From Rhynchobatus australiae (Eukaryota), in assembly GCA_034780895.1 (NCBI GenBank), contig JAUZTB010000127.1, positions 19,052,769 through 19,116,768 on the forward strand: a stretch of DNA of 64,000 nucleotides, given 5' to 3'. The position numbers and the translations under genes were made by a program. Below are positions 1-12,890 of this stretch, one piece after another (position 1 is the stretch's first letter; every line of letters begins with the position of its first letter). A model generated the notes under the pieces. It was not told where the DNA came from, ran no database searches, and saw only the letters and a list, made by a program, of their open reading frames with translations.

Positions 1-73
1 AGGGTTAGATAGTGTGAGGTGTGGTTTGATGGACAGCACAACATGGTGGGCCGAAGGGCCTGTATTGTTCTAT
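1..73 (+). mobile_element. CR1/HER1-type LINE (or partner SINE) 3' tail
   Basis: CACAACATGGTGGGCCGAAGGGCCTGTATTGTTCTATG, the typical elasmobranch CR1 3' end. Confidence 0.75.
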
Positions 74-1533
74 GGAAGACTGAAGGAGGTACTTAGGGGA
101 GAGGTAACAAAGGAGGGAAAGAGAGAAGGGAACTGAAGGTGGGAACCAGAATCAGGAAGTGTGCATATGCAGAGTCTGAGATCGTGGGGTGGAAGTAAGA
201 ACATTTGTGTGCCTGTACGTGTGAGTACATGCACGTCCACACACTGATGTGTGTTAAGTCCTTGCAGCAGAGTCTGGTCTCCAATCATCTTGGACCTCCC
301 TTCCAGAGGACATAGATCTCACTCTGTCTAGATTGTACATCAGCTATCGCACATTGGCCACCCCATGTTAAAGGAATTCCCCAACATGCATCTTCCACTC
401 TCCACAATTGGAGTTGAGCAAATCATCTTCAATCTGAGGGACTGCTTAAGAAAATATACTGCAGTTCCTCAAAATGCAATGCATGCTGTTTCTTTACTGC
501 CTTGCAATTGACTGCGCCTGCTCACAACAATGCATAGTTTTTCTAAAACAGAAAATGGACACAGCACTCAAAGAGGAAACAACATGGTGTTCTTAGGTGG
601 ACACAATATGCACAATAACCATAATATAACAATACCGAAAGGGACCATTGCAAAATGAGCTGAGATTTGGTATTGCTCACTTTACATTGAGATTGAATGA
701 AGTAATTGCGATTTTCTAAGAGATGGTGTCTTTATTTCAATTTGTCAAAGTTTGATAAGGTTGGAACAGTTTGTAAAGTTTAACTAAAAAATATAGATTT
801 CCAACACTTTCTAACATCAATTAATAGTTATAAGTTTATTGTTAAACCCTTGAACAAATTTCTGAAAAGAAATATTGCCATAAAACACTACATGTAATAA
901 AATCATTTCTCTCAGAGTCTAGTTATGGTTTATTGTAATTCATTTAAAAATGTCTTCAATCCTTTGAAACATTATGCAAATTTTGTAATAATTTGTAAAA
1001 ATAAATGTAGATATACATTTTATACATAAAATGAACATTTATTTATTAATAGAAATGCTAAAGAGAGGATATCGAACATCTTTTGGTTGTCACCCTTGCA
1101 GAGTTGCTCTTGGATAAAAGGCTGCAATACAATTTACTTTCTCATGGTAATACCAAGTGTAGATGTGTCACATAGTTGGACATTGGCTCCCAGACTATAC
1201 GTCACAGTATAGTGAAGGGTGCTTCAATCAGCCACCCTTCACTAATAGCAAGATCCTAATTTTCCACCATGGTCGTCGGGGGCACTACATACGAGTATTT
1301 GCCTTGTAGTATTGGAGATGAGGGAGGTCACTCTCCAAGCACGTGAAGAAAGCTCTTCAGCACCCAAGCGATTCCCCCTTGTACTCCCTGATGGAAGTAT
1401 ACACTAGGTAGAATCTTAGTCTTGTGTAGGAAATGGAAAGGTGCTGTCAAAAACAGTAGCAAAGAGTAAGTCACATCACAGAGGATCCAAGTATTAATTT
1501 GCTAAAAGTTACTAAACATGTATGACTGAAATA

Positions 1534-1612
1534 AAACCAGAAAATGCTGGGAAAAAATTAGCAGGTGAGGTACCATTTTTGGAGAAACAGCTAACATTTC
1601 AGGTCAATGATT
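1534..1612 (-). mobile_element. Highly decayed Penelope-like terminus
   Basis: AAACCAGAAAATGCTGG...AGCAGGT...AACATTTCAGGTCAATGA resembles the copy at 56703. Confidence 0.4.
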
Positions 1613-1884
1613 GATATTATCTCCTTTCAAGCAATACATTAAAGTTTGTAACAGCTCTTTATCTTAATGAAAGTTCAGCTCTCACTTTAGTGCTGATCAG
1701 CAGAAATATGTGTCTGTTGGTTACTGACCAGCAACCCCACCACCAACAGCCCCAACTCCACTCCCAATGTGGAAACAGCTGTCCTCTAATAGATAAATAG
1801 GCACCCTTCATAATTTTGAACCTCTCTTAAGTCTCCCTGGTCAACGCCAAGGAGAACAATCATGGCATCTAAAAGTATACAAGT

Positions 1885-2740
1885 AATAAGAACAGGTGTG
1901 GCACACCAGCTCCTTTGAGCCTGCTCCACCCTTCATTAAGATCTTGGCAGATCTTCCGCCCCATGTTCCTGCACTATACCTGTATCTCATGATTCCCTTA
2001 ATGTCTAATTCTCTCTCTGTTGAATGAGCCTGATGAATGGGCCTCCACAACCCTACCAGACAGAAAATTCCAAAAGTTCACCACCCTCTGAGTGAAGAAA
2101 ATTCTTCTCATCTCAGTCCTAAACAGCCTAGCTTTATTATGAAACTGTGCCCCTGGCCCTAGGCACTTCAGACACCATAAACTTCCTTTCTGCATTTTGC
2201 CTGAAAAGTCATTTAAGAATTTTATAATTTTGAGGAGGATTTTCTCTTATTCTTCTGAACTCTAGGGAATAGAGTCCCAGTCTATTCAAGCAGTTCTCAT
2301 CCTTGGAACCAGTCTCGTGCACTTCACTCCCTCCATGGCAAATACATCCTTTCTATATGGGGACACCAAGCTTGTACACAATACTCTGGGTGCAGTCTCA
2401 CCAAAGCTTTCTACAATTGTAATAAGACTTCTTCACTTTGTATGCAAATTCTCTTGCAATAAAGTATAACATACCATTTGACTTCTTAATCGCTTACTAC
2501 ACCTGCATGACGGGTTTCAGTGACATGCACAAGCACAGCCAGGTCACGATGGACTTCAAGAATACTAATCTCTCATAAATACTCTGCTGTTCTTTTATGT
2601 GCATCAAAATAAATAACCCCACACTTTTACCACACTTGCCTTGTTTTTGACTACTCAATCAGCACATCCATATCCCCCTGAACCCTCTTTACAACTTCTT
2701 CTATGCATACAAATCCACACAGTTTAGTATCACCAGAAAA
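1885..2740 (-). mobile_element. CR1 LINE 3' fragment (decayed ORF2 C-terminus)
   Basis: ORF 1998-2195 contains FRTEMRRIFFTQRVVNFWNFL...VVEA, a CR1 ORF2 C-terminal motif; CR1-type 3' UTR adjacent. Confidence 0.85.
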
Positions 2741-4132
2741 CTCCAGTCAGAGCCTGCCAATCTGATAAGGATTTGCTTCTTCCCACTCTTTGCTACTCTA
2801 GTCTTTCCACATAACATTAGAGGAATTTCAATGAAAGGGACTTACATAACAATAGATACAATGGATACCAATAGTGCAGAAAATCTTACAACTATGCAAG
2901 GATGAAATTTGGGATTTGAGATCAGGGCTTTTTTTATTCATCCACAGTTCAACACCATTAAACATCAGTACAAAGAGCGGTCCTTAGATCTTGTCCTGTG
3001 AATAGCCCATTTGAATTGCAAACATTTCTATTTGTGCTATGATTGTCCATTCAATCTGGCAAAAATCAGGCATTACACATCCCTATTGGCAGAGAATTCA
3101 AAACCTCTGATGTTTCTCTTTGCCCTTTAATATAGATAGGACAAAAATACCTTCTAGAGAATTTTCTAGAGAGGAAATCTGCTGATATCATTGTGGAAAT
3201 TATCCACAGTTCAAGTCCTATTGACACAAATGGAAACTGGGAAGAGTGCCCAGTTAGGTTAGCTTTAATAACAAAATCCAGCACTTAAAGACGTAAACAT
3301 GAATGTTTCAGTCAATGAAGGATAGAATCAAATGCAGCAACTGACGTCTGAAAATGTCACTGTGACTCTGGAAATATCTACCCATAATATTCCCAGGCAG
3401 TCATTTTATTCTAAAACACATCATCCTCACTTGTCCTGTTTAACCAAGCCCTTTAAAACCAAACCCTGACACATAGACTTTATCTTACTTAGCTTCACTA
3501 GATAATGACAATTCAAGATTCACATCTGCAGTGATAATTTTTGGGACTGCAGTTCTAAACACAATAGACTTTTGGTAAAGCCAGGATGTACTGAGATCCC
3601 TTTTGAACTAATTCAGTTATTAAGCACTTCATTAAAGATAAATTAAATTCCTCAATATCCTATCGTGCCTGGTAGCTTTTTTTCCAAGAATGTCAGGTAT
3701 TAATATTACTCATCTGTCTAGGGGGCATGACAAAACTGGTGGTTCTCATTTCTACAAAATCACACATGGTAATCATGTTTTTAAAATCTGACACCAATGT
3801 TTCAAATATAGGAACGGACTCAGAAGTGTTACTGCTAATAAAATCTCCAGAAATCGTGAGGGTGATTCTGTTCCCTGTATGTTCCACTGGCACCATATGG
3901 TAAGGAACGTGTGGATGGAGTTAGGTTGCACTAAAGCATTAACAGATTTATGGCAAATTAAAAAGTGCCAAGTAAACGTTTTACTTTGATGTGTAGCTTA
4001 TCTTAAACACTACCATTGATCTCAATATAGACTAATATTACTCAGGCTGACTTTAGTGTTGAATATTTCTCACGTTTTGAAATAAAAGAATGATCTTAAT
4101 ATCATGTTGCCTCATTCCCTCCTTGACTTTAG

Positions 4133-4980
4133 AGGCATAGTCACACAGGACAGAAGTGGACCCATCAAGTCCATGCCAACTGCTTTGCTTATTTATAATA
4201 ATCCCAACTGCTGCATTAAGTCTGTGCCTCACTTATTCAAATACTTGTCTAAATATAAATGCTGTGGTCGTATCTTAATCCACCACCTCCTCTGGCAGTA
4301 CATTCCAGATATTAAACATATTTTCTCTAAAAAATCTTTCCTCTCAGACCCCTTCAAATCTCCTCCCTCTCACCTTCAATCTATGGTCTCTTGTTTCTAA
4401 TCATTTACCATCTCAGTGCCTCTCATATTTTTATATACATCAGTCACATCACCTCCTCAGTCTCCTTTGCTGCAGGAAACACAAACCCAGCCTATCCAAT
4501 CTCTCCTTCAAACTAACGTTCTCTAATCCAGACAACATCCCAGTGAATTTCCTCTGCACCCTCTCCAGCACAGTCACATCCTTCCTATAGTGTGAGAAAC
4601 AGAACTGCACACAAAACTCCATGTGCAGTCCAAGCAGTGTTTGGTAAAGTTGCAACAACATGATGTCCCATCTTTTACATTCTATGCCCAGGCTGATAAA
4701 GGAAAGCAACACCATACGCCTTCTTCACTATCCTATTTACTGCGTCCCCACTTTCAGGAAATTATGGACTTGAACCCTGAGGTCTCTTTGTTTATCAACA
4801 TTCCTTAAGGCCCTAGTACTTGTATGTTCCACCCTTATTTGACATCCCACACTTGTTGGGATTAAGTTCCATCTGGAAATGCACCACCAACTTTTCTGCT
4901 GAAGCCTGGGACAACATTCTCTATTATCAAGGACAGATGCAATCCTGGTGTGAGCCACCAACTTACTAATCATACCTCCT
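4133..4980 (-). mobile_element. CR1 LINE fragment
   Basis: ORF 4449-4715 LYQTLLGLHMEFCVQFCFSHYRKDVTVLERVQRKFTGMLSGL...ERLDRLGL matches the CR1 post-RT region. Confidence 0.9.
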
Positions 4981-7423
4981 TTGATTTAAGGAGTGCCTGC
5001 AGATATTTCAAATTATTAATGCATAATGGATCTTGGCAGAAGCTTGTAGTCTGTGTCTTCTGTTGAAGGGCATAAGCAATTTAATAACAGGGAACTAGGT
5101 GGGGCACCTGTCAATCTTCTTAACCAGGACAATGGCAGTCACCGCTGGTGAGCAGAAGTTAAAACTTATGGCCATCAGAGAGAGTCTTTCCTTAGCCATG
5201 CAGTGCCTGCCAATACCATGAGCATAGAAAAAAACCTTGTTCAAGGTCACCAATAGTTCTAACTTAGCATTGTCAGTTTACATTGTAAGTTACTAGAATC
5301 CAATGATTTATCCAACAGAACAACTTCCATTTATGTTGTGTATTAAATTTGGTAGCACATCCCAAGATCCTTCACAGGAGAGATAAAGTGACATTAGTTC
5401 AGGTGACCAGAAGTCTGGTCATAAAGAGAAAGGAAGTGAAGTACAGAGAAGAAATTCCAAAGTTTAGGTGTGTGGCAGCAGAACATTTAGGAGATGCAAA
5501 AGGTGAGAACTGAGGAACTACAGAAATCTCAGAATTGTCAAGAAGACCTGAGAAAAGTCATGATTAATTATAAACTGGTGCCACGATTAGCAGGGCATCA
5601 GAGACTTTTGTTGCTTTATGTTCTCTGAGTTAATCCATCTGAAATATTTAGGGAGAAAAGAACAATGCTAGTCAGCAGACAATTATAGAGAGGATAATAA
5701 TCCCATTCAGCTTTCCCTACTCAGTCATCCTTTCGCATTTATCATTGAATAGAACCCTTAATTCATGCAAATGCATGGTTTTGATACTTTACTTGGTTAG
5801 AGACTGCTACATTGTCTTAGCTTCATTGCACTAAGGGAACCATACACTGATCATTGATAAGCTGTTTCCGAATTATCATTCTCTTTGCTAAACTCTCCTA
5901 CAGAAAGTTACGGAGCATCTCTGCTGCAGGACATACAACAGGCTAACTTAATATTCCATGAATTTCCTCCAGCAGTTCTGTTTCACAACCTGAACATTTT
6001 CCAAAGACTGTTTCTCTGCTTTATCTCTCACCATTCTACAACAATAAGTTGCACTTGTACGGTAGCATTGGCATAATAAAACACATGAACGTGCTTCAAA
6101 CAAGAAGCCAATCCAACAAAGGAACATTAGGACACTTAAACTAGTCTTGAGGGACATCCCATAGGAGGAAAGAGAAGTACAGGGTAGGTGAATGTTAGGG
6201 AAGGAATTTCAGAGCCTAGGGCTAAGGCTTTGGAAGGCACAACTGCCAATGTGGAACAATGAACATCAGGTAGTGACCAGAATTGAAGGAGCACAAAGCC
6301 AAGGAAATTGTAGGGATATACCACACACAGTGAGCCTTGAATTACTGCATTGAGAAAAATTAACATATTGAAATCTCGGGGAGAAAGAAAACCAATGAAC
6401 TTGTTAGCCACCTTACACTTGGATCCTTTTCCTGGACTTGCAAAAATACAGCTCTCCAAACCCAGATCTGAAATACTTCTTGTTCCAAATTGTTCTCATG
6501 GAACTGTGGTAACTGTTGTAGAGTATGGGAAGAATTATTATGTGGAAATCCAGCTAAATTGCCCTTTATCCCACATTTCCCCCACCTAGATTAGTCTAAT
6601 TCTGCACTGCTAACAATATGGAATGCCAAGGAAGTAATATCGCAATGGAGAAATCATTCATCATACATGTTTGAAACACTCCCCAAGGCTCAGTACAGTA
6701 ATCAAAGTCACTATAGCCTTTGAGTTGATAGTTAAACCATATATTGTTGAATAGGTATAAATAGGAGTTGATGTTAACGTGGTGCCTTAATTCAGTAAAG
6801 GATTCCTGTGTACAGATGGTACCCTGAACACCTAGTAATGTTAAACATTTAATGATAAGCATAACAATGATTTTAAGGGCATATATTTGTAGAAATTGTG
6901 AGGCATACTGCAATTTTTCTATTTTGACCCACTCTTCGAAAAGAAGTATTCTGCCATTGGATTAATTAGATCCAATTAAAGTATGGAGTGTACTTCCTAC
7001 TACAAAGCATAATACAGCCCACACCAACTCTGTGGTAAGTTTAACATACCTAATTGGTAGATTGTCCATTCTGGTTGGCAATGCATCAATCAACTCAGGG
7101 TGCAGACAGAAATTATGTTCGTTTAAAGCATTTAAGTCACTTCATGTTTGAAGACGTGATAAAACTGTCCCGGGCCCTGAAATTCCAGGATGTTCTCTGT
7201 GCTGCAGTCAGACGACTTATGTCACTGTTGTTATTTCACCATTGCTATTCACCAGAAGAGGGAGTTGAATCCCAGTTCCACAAACCAAACTAAATTATTT
7301 TTCACAGGAAGCTGTGTAAATTCTAGCATGATTAGAAAATAAAAAATGTAATCAGCTGCTGAGGCTGCAGGAGACCCCAGTGCAGAAGCAAAATGGCCCC
7401 AGTGAAGACTGGGGAGGCACAAC

Positions 7424-7548
7424 AGAGACTGCAAATGCTGTGATCTGGAGCAAAATACAAACTGCTGGAGGAACTCAGCAGGTCAAGCAGCATCTGTGGA
7501 ACAGAGGGATAGTTGATGTTTCCATTTGAGACCCTGTACCAGGACTGA
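7424..7548 (-). mobile_element. Penelope-like terminus, decayed hammerhead
   Basis: TGCTGGAGGAACTCAGCAGGTCAAGCAGCATCTGTGG...; minus strand CAGTCCTGGTACAGGGTCTCAAATGGAAACATCAACT. Confidence 0.7.
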
Positions 7549-7549
7549 T

Positions 7550-8150
7550 GGCCTTCGTGGGCCGTGATGATCACCTTTGTGTGTGACTGTATTAAGCTGT
7601 GCATATACTCTGAGCATGCAAACATAGCTTCTTTATGTACAGAGACTATCTATCCCCATTTTTGTAAAGGATGGATCTGGTAATGTTCCTTTCAGTAGGA
7701 TTGCACTGTATCACCTCTCCTTCATAAAATAAAAATGTGCAGGAAAAGACCTTTGACTGCAAGTCAATCAGGAAATGGTCTACACAGAATATCCTCAAGG
7801 TCCTCTGGGGGAAAAAAGAGATGGTGTACCCTGTTGTATGGTTTCCCAAGCAGACTGCGAAAGTCATTCATCAGAATACCACATCGCCCCGAAGTGTTAA
7901 ACAAGCAACTGGACCTTACTTGGTTGATGGAGAGGGATGCACTGAAGCTTGCTGCAGCTGCTGTAAAAGGTCAGTGGGGAAAAGCCATGGTTTTGGGCTT
8001 TATCACCACTACATACCGACAAGCAAGAACCTGTGCTAAAACTCATTGCTCAAGGAATGTAGCCAAAGCATACTAATATAATATGAATATTGTAAGAGGA
8101 AGAATCGGTCTTGTATTGTGACTGGTGATATATGAATGTACAAGATTATA
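7550..8150 (+). mobile_element. Tx1-like (L1 group) LINE 3' fragment with internal deletion
   Basis: TFDCKSIRKWSTQNILKVL...VWFPKQTAKVI, then NKQLDLTWL fused directly to DALKLAAAAVKGQWGKA; these resemble separate parts of shark Tx1 ORF2. Confidence 0.65.
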
Positions 8151-9210
8151 TATTTGCAAATTTTATGGAAAGGGTAGATTGAAGGTACTCCTGTACTAAC
8201 CTTTTTGAATTGCATCTTCTCACACCTTCATCTGAAGTGTAACCTGCCAAAGTTATGGGCAGTCACATGCCAGCTAAGTCACTAAGACAGAGCAGCACCT
8301 CATCAGTGGGTCTGAATGCCCTCCTTGAAGATGTGCAAGAATGAAAGGAGGATCCGCTTGCCATGCCAGACCACAGGTCAGCCTTGTTAATGGGAGGGAC
8401 AAGGCCTGCTTCTCACGGCTAGCATCCTGTCATACTACCTTTCTCCCTTCACTTCCCATACTGTTGATCCTTCTCTGCCATGAGGAAGGAATTCAGAAGT
8501 GTGTCCATAGGAAAATTCAATCTTTCTGCAGAGGCACTTTGAACATGCAGCAGGGGGATGGGTGTGACAGTAGATGGAGACAACTACAATGAGTGGGAGG
8601 AGTAAAGTATGAGCCACAGGGACCAAAATTGGAAAGAAATAAGCTCTGGAAACTAGAAATCAGTAAGAAACTTTCAGAAAATTTTCAGTTTACAAATTCT
8701 TTCAACCCACCCACCTGAAATCAGGTGACTAGAGCAACAGCTACATCCAGTTTAATTGGCATCTAATTTTCCAGAGGGCAGTTAGGGCTTTTTCTACCTT
8801 GGGAAATGGTGCTTTTCAAATGAGCATCTGGTGGCTTAGGCAAATGATCGAGGAAATGCACATCGAACTCACATTTACACGTAACACAAGTTTCCTGCTT
8901 CTCTTTAGCACAAATATAATGTTATGTTCAGGAGAGAATTAGAAATTCCAAGGAAATCTGGTCCACGGTCCTTCTTGCTGTTGGCAAGTAAAACGTAGAT
9001 CTGTGGTAGATTTCTCAAGGTGGAATTTTGGTACAGGTTAACAAGAAATAATTGATGATATTGAAAAGCAACAGTAGACATTGATGTGAATATAGGGTTA
9101 TCAACAAGTTCACTATAACTCTTCAACTCTGAAATGTGATGGTCCATAGAGATTTATATAGTTGAATACTAAAATCACTAAGAACTGGTGAGCAGGTACA
9201 AAAGATAATT

Positions 9211-9500
9211 TACTGCTCCGCCCAAGACTGCAAGAATCTGCAGAAAGTTGCAAATGCAGCCCAGTTCATCATGCAAACCAGTCTCCCCTACACTGACTCT
9301 GTTTACACTTCCCGCTGCCTCAGGAAAGCAGCTAACATAATCATAGACCCCTCCCTTCCCAGTCACTCTCATTACTTCTCTCTCCCATCAGTCAAAAGAT
9401 ACAAAATCTTGAGAGCCTGAATCACCAGGCTCAAGGACAGCTTCTATCCTACTGTTATTAGACTCTTAAACAGACCTCTCAAAGGCTAAATGAACTCTTA
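9211..9500 (+). mobile_element. Rex1/Babar LINE 3' fragment
   Basis: Homologous to the Rex fragments at 41600 and 63300 (CAGGCTCAAGGACAGCTTCTATCC motif). Confidence 0.8.
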
Positions 9501-10965
9501 ATATAAGATATCTTTTAGTCACATTAATATTACTTACATTATATTACTTATAATATCAATTATCTTAAGATGAANNNNNNNNNNNNNNNNNNNNNNNNNN
9601 NNNNNNNNNNNNNNNNNNNNNNNNNNNNNNNNNNNNNNNNNNNNNNNNNNNNNNNNNNNNNNNNNNNNNNNNNNATAAAACTATGTGACCGCATCTTTTT
9701 CTATGAAGTGGATTGCAAGGGCCAAAGCCAAAATAAATCTTAGGACTTTGATTTTAAAAAAAATTATAGTAAATTTTTCACAAAATGTCAGATCAGGAAC
9801 TAGATCTGTATTCCAGAGGAAATTAAAGAGAAATTAATATCCACAGGTGTTATATAATTTCACAGCAGGACTCCAGTGTAGTCAGTTCCTGTTATGGCCA
9901 ACCCATAATGTGATCCTCAGTGCTGTTCTATACAAATGCTCTGATCATAAGTTGATTAAACAAACTGTTTCAGACTGGCAGAACAAGAATTACTATTTAG
10001 GATTTTAAGGAGAACTACCAATAGAGACAATGAAGTTGGTTGATTGATCAACTACATTTTTAAAGATAGTTCATAATTAAGTACTCAGTAAGTCTTCAAG
10101 AGTTAGATAATGCACATTTATATGTCGCACCTTTGAAAAGTAATCTAACAACACACAACGATATTATTTGTGTTACAATAAAAGATTCTTAATAAATGAC
10201 TAATGGATAATTGTTTGGCAAATATTGCAAGGTTACATTAAATCAACTGAGTACATTATAACTTGGAAAGTACAACTTGCTTAAATATAACTGGACAGGG
10301 TCAAGTAATGTTTCTGTAATAAAGCACAAGGGACATAATTATATATTAGTCAAACTTATTTTTAAACCCTCCACAGTTGCTCGCAAACAATCGAAATTAA
10401 TTTAAACTTTGGCAAACTTTGTAAAAACAACTTGTTCATAAATAATTTTTAAAAAATAACTACAATATATCATCTCTATTCATTTAGTATCTTCCGGGTG
10501 AAGCACAAGTGAAAATTATGAGTTAAAATTCAAACTGTTGCAATGAGTATTTTTTTTGGACTGTTTTAACTATCCCATTGTATATTTTAACGATCCTTTA
10601 TTTAAAACAAGAATATTATTGTGGCAATGTTGTGAATGTAAAAGATGTGTCACTTGAGTAAAGTCGCACAATCATTTCTACCAAACCCAATTGATATTGC
10701 TACATACATTTAAAATATGTCATCTGAGGAGATGACAGAAACCTTTAGAAAATGTAAAGTAAAACAAAGTACAATCCTAACCAAATGAAAAAAAAAGTTC
10801 ACACTTAATGTCACTTGCTACACTGTTCATTTTTTAGAGCGTAGAATTCTGTAAGTGTACTTGAAAAAAAAATCACACTGGATGTTTCCCAGTATCAAAA
10901 GAGCAGCAGAAGTGAAACACTGAACAACACGCCAATTCAATTAATAAAAACTCTAAATACCTAAA

Positions 10966-11092
10966 CAATCACTAACAGTATCACTAACACTGATACTAAC
11001 ACTCTTATCATCACTAACACTTATACTATCACTATTCAAAAATGCTAATGTTATCACTAACACCAGTGTTAATACTATTTCTATCATATCAC
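10966..11092. repeat. Degenerate hexamer array (CACTAA/CACTAT/TACTAA)
   Basis: Repeated TCACTAACA(C) units with ~6-bp periodicity. Confidence 0.7.
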
Positions 11093-12609
11093 AAAAAATT
11101 GTGCTACAATAAATAATTAATTTTTGTCCACAGCTGTGATCTGAATTTGCATCCTTCAACAGTATCTGTAAAATGTGCATGCATTTAGCAGAACATTTAA
11201 GAATACGTACAAAAAAAATGCATGCTCTAAGACAAAAACTACAATAAGTGTTGACCTGTGCATTAAAGACAATTTGTGGGGTAAATTTTCCATTATTGGT
11301 GCTAAAATTAAATCATCACAGAACAGCAAATTTAATGCTGACTTAGCTGGCCCTACCTGCTGAGGCTATCCAAGGTTGGTCTCATTAACTATTCACGGTC
11401 AGTCCCAGGGCCATATTGACTGTGTCTGTAGTTGATGTATGGGGGAAGGGACGGCTAACAATTTTGCTTTTTAAATCCTGCAACCATTTTTTAAAAGAAA
11501 TTCTTCATTGTTAAAGAAACAATGCCTTTTATGCTATCATGACATCCCAAAGAATATTACACAGCCAATGATACAATGTAGGTGCAGTTGTAATGTAAAG
11601 ACAGGTGGCAGTCAATGTACTTGCAATAAAGGTAGCAGCAACACCAATAGGGCAAATCACTGGTTTATTTGCTTTGGCTCTTTGTACTGGGAGATAAATG
11701 CTGTCTAAAATGCAAGTCAAGGAAAACATCTTTTGTTTGTTTTCAAAATTTGCCCTGAAATCCATCTGAATGGGGTTAGTGGGGTGGGAGAGGGGAGTGT
11801 TGGGGAGCATGGGGGTATTAAATATGCAGTTTAACATTCCATCTGAAATACCCACCCAGGTTATGTATTTAGTTCTGAGGTAGGTTTTGAATGCATAACA
11901 CCCTGACAGAGTCAAAATACAATCATTGCAATGTGATTTGCTTTGCAGAAGAGGAAAGGTAATTGGGTAAGGATACAAAGTATCTCGATTTTCAAACTGA
12001 GCACGGAAGTAAAAAATTAAAGAGTATCAGCACAAGAGCATTTCCCTTCACATTCACACCCACAGTGCATCAAGACTGTCACTTCAATCTGCAACTGTTG
12101 TCATGCAATGATTGCAAAATCTGAGAGCACAAAGCAAATTTGCAAACTAACAGCTTTGCACAATATTTCTTCAGTGGCTCTTATGTAAGCCAGGATGCAG
12201 TATTGGTCGTCACATATCTATGTGCTTTTCAGTGTTCAAGAGGTTGTTAGTGCAGCTCCAACAGGCCGGGTACTGGAATGAGAAGTGTAAACCTACTTCT
12301 ATACCTTGGTGACAAATAGTGAGGCAAACACATTCTGCATGATTGCAATACAAGCCTATAGCTGCAACGAGGTAGCTTTCATGTAGGTCATAGAATGGAT
12401 ACCCAGGAGGAAAAGAATAGTGCCCCCTATGCACCCTGCCAATCTTCTTTAGGGTTCATACAGTCCTGAGACTAAAGGACATAGGGGTCAAGAGAAGGGA
12501 ACAATGGAGATAGACCATGGATGCTGGTGGTCCTTTTCCAGGAGGATGGACCAGTTCCCCTACCCCCTTAACTACTCATATGTTTGAAAGTGTGCTGGGC
12601 AGGTCTCGG

Positions 12610-12710
12610 TATATTATTGTCTGACGTGCCGAGATACAGTGAAAAGGTTTTGTTTGCGTGCCATCCAGACTTGCCATCACAGTATTGCAAAATGTACAAA
12701 ATGGCAGGGT
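12610..12710 (-). mobile_element. Short Rex-type 3' tail
   Basis: GAGATACAGTGAAAAGGTTTTGTTTGCGTGCCATCCAGA is similar to the tails at 33833 and 62880. Confidence 0.5.
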
Positions 12711-12795
12711 CGCAACAAATTAGTCGACCAGCTTTATTATCCTGGTACTGTGAAACTGCTCACAGACTGTAGTGGGACTGACCAAGCTGGGACAC

Positions 12796-12828
12796 CTGAT
12801 GAAGGGTCTCGACCTGAAACATCAACTG
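12796..12828 (+). ncRNA. Hammerhead motif, core intact, 5' strand of stem I lost
   Basis: CTGATGA-A-GGGTCTCGACCT-GAAA-C-ATC-AACTG; the upstream CAGTC is replaced by flanking sequence. Confidence 0.5.
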
Positions 12829-12890
12829 TCATTTCCCTTCACTGATGCTGCCAGACCTGCTGAGTTCTTCCAGCTTTTTGTGTGTTACAC
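12796..12890 (+). mobile_element. Penelope-like terminus
   Basis: Reverse complement of the family at 7424/34940 (GATGCTGCCAGACCTGCTGAGTTCTTCCAGC). Confidence 0.75.

Noticed and set aside
10953-11180. 75-aa ORF with an apparent hydrophobic segment and Ser/Asp repeats
   Set aside because: Product of the hexamer low-complexity array; no splice or homology support.
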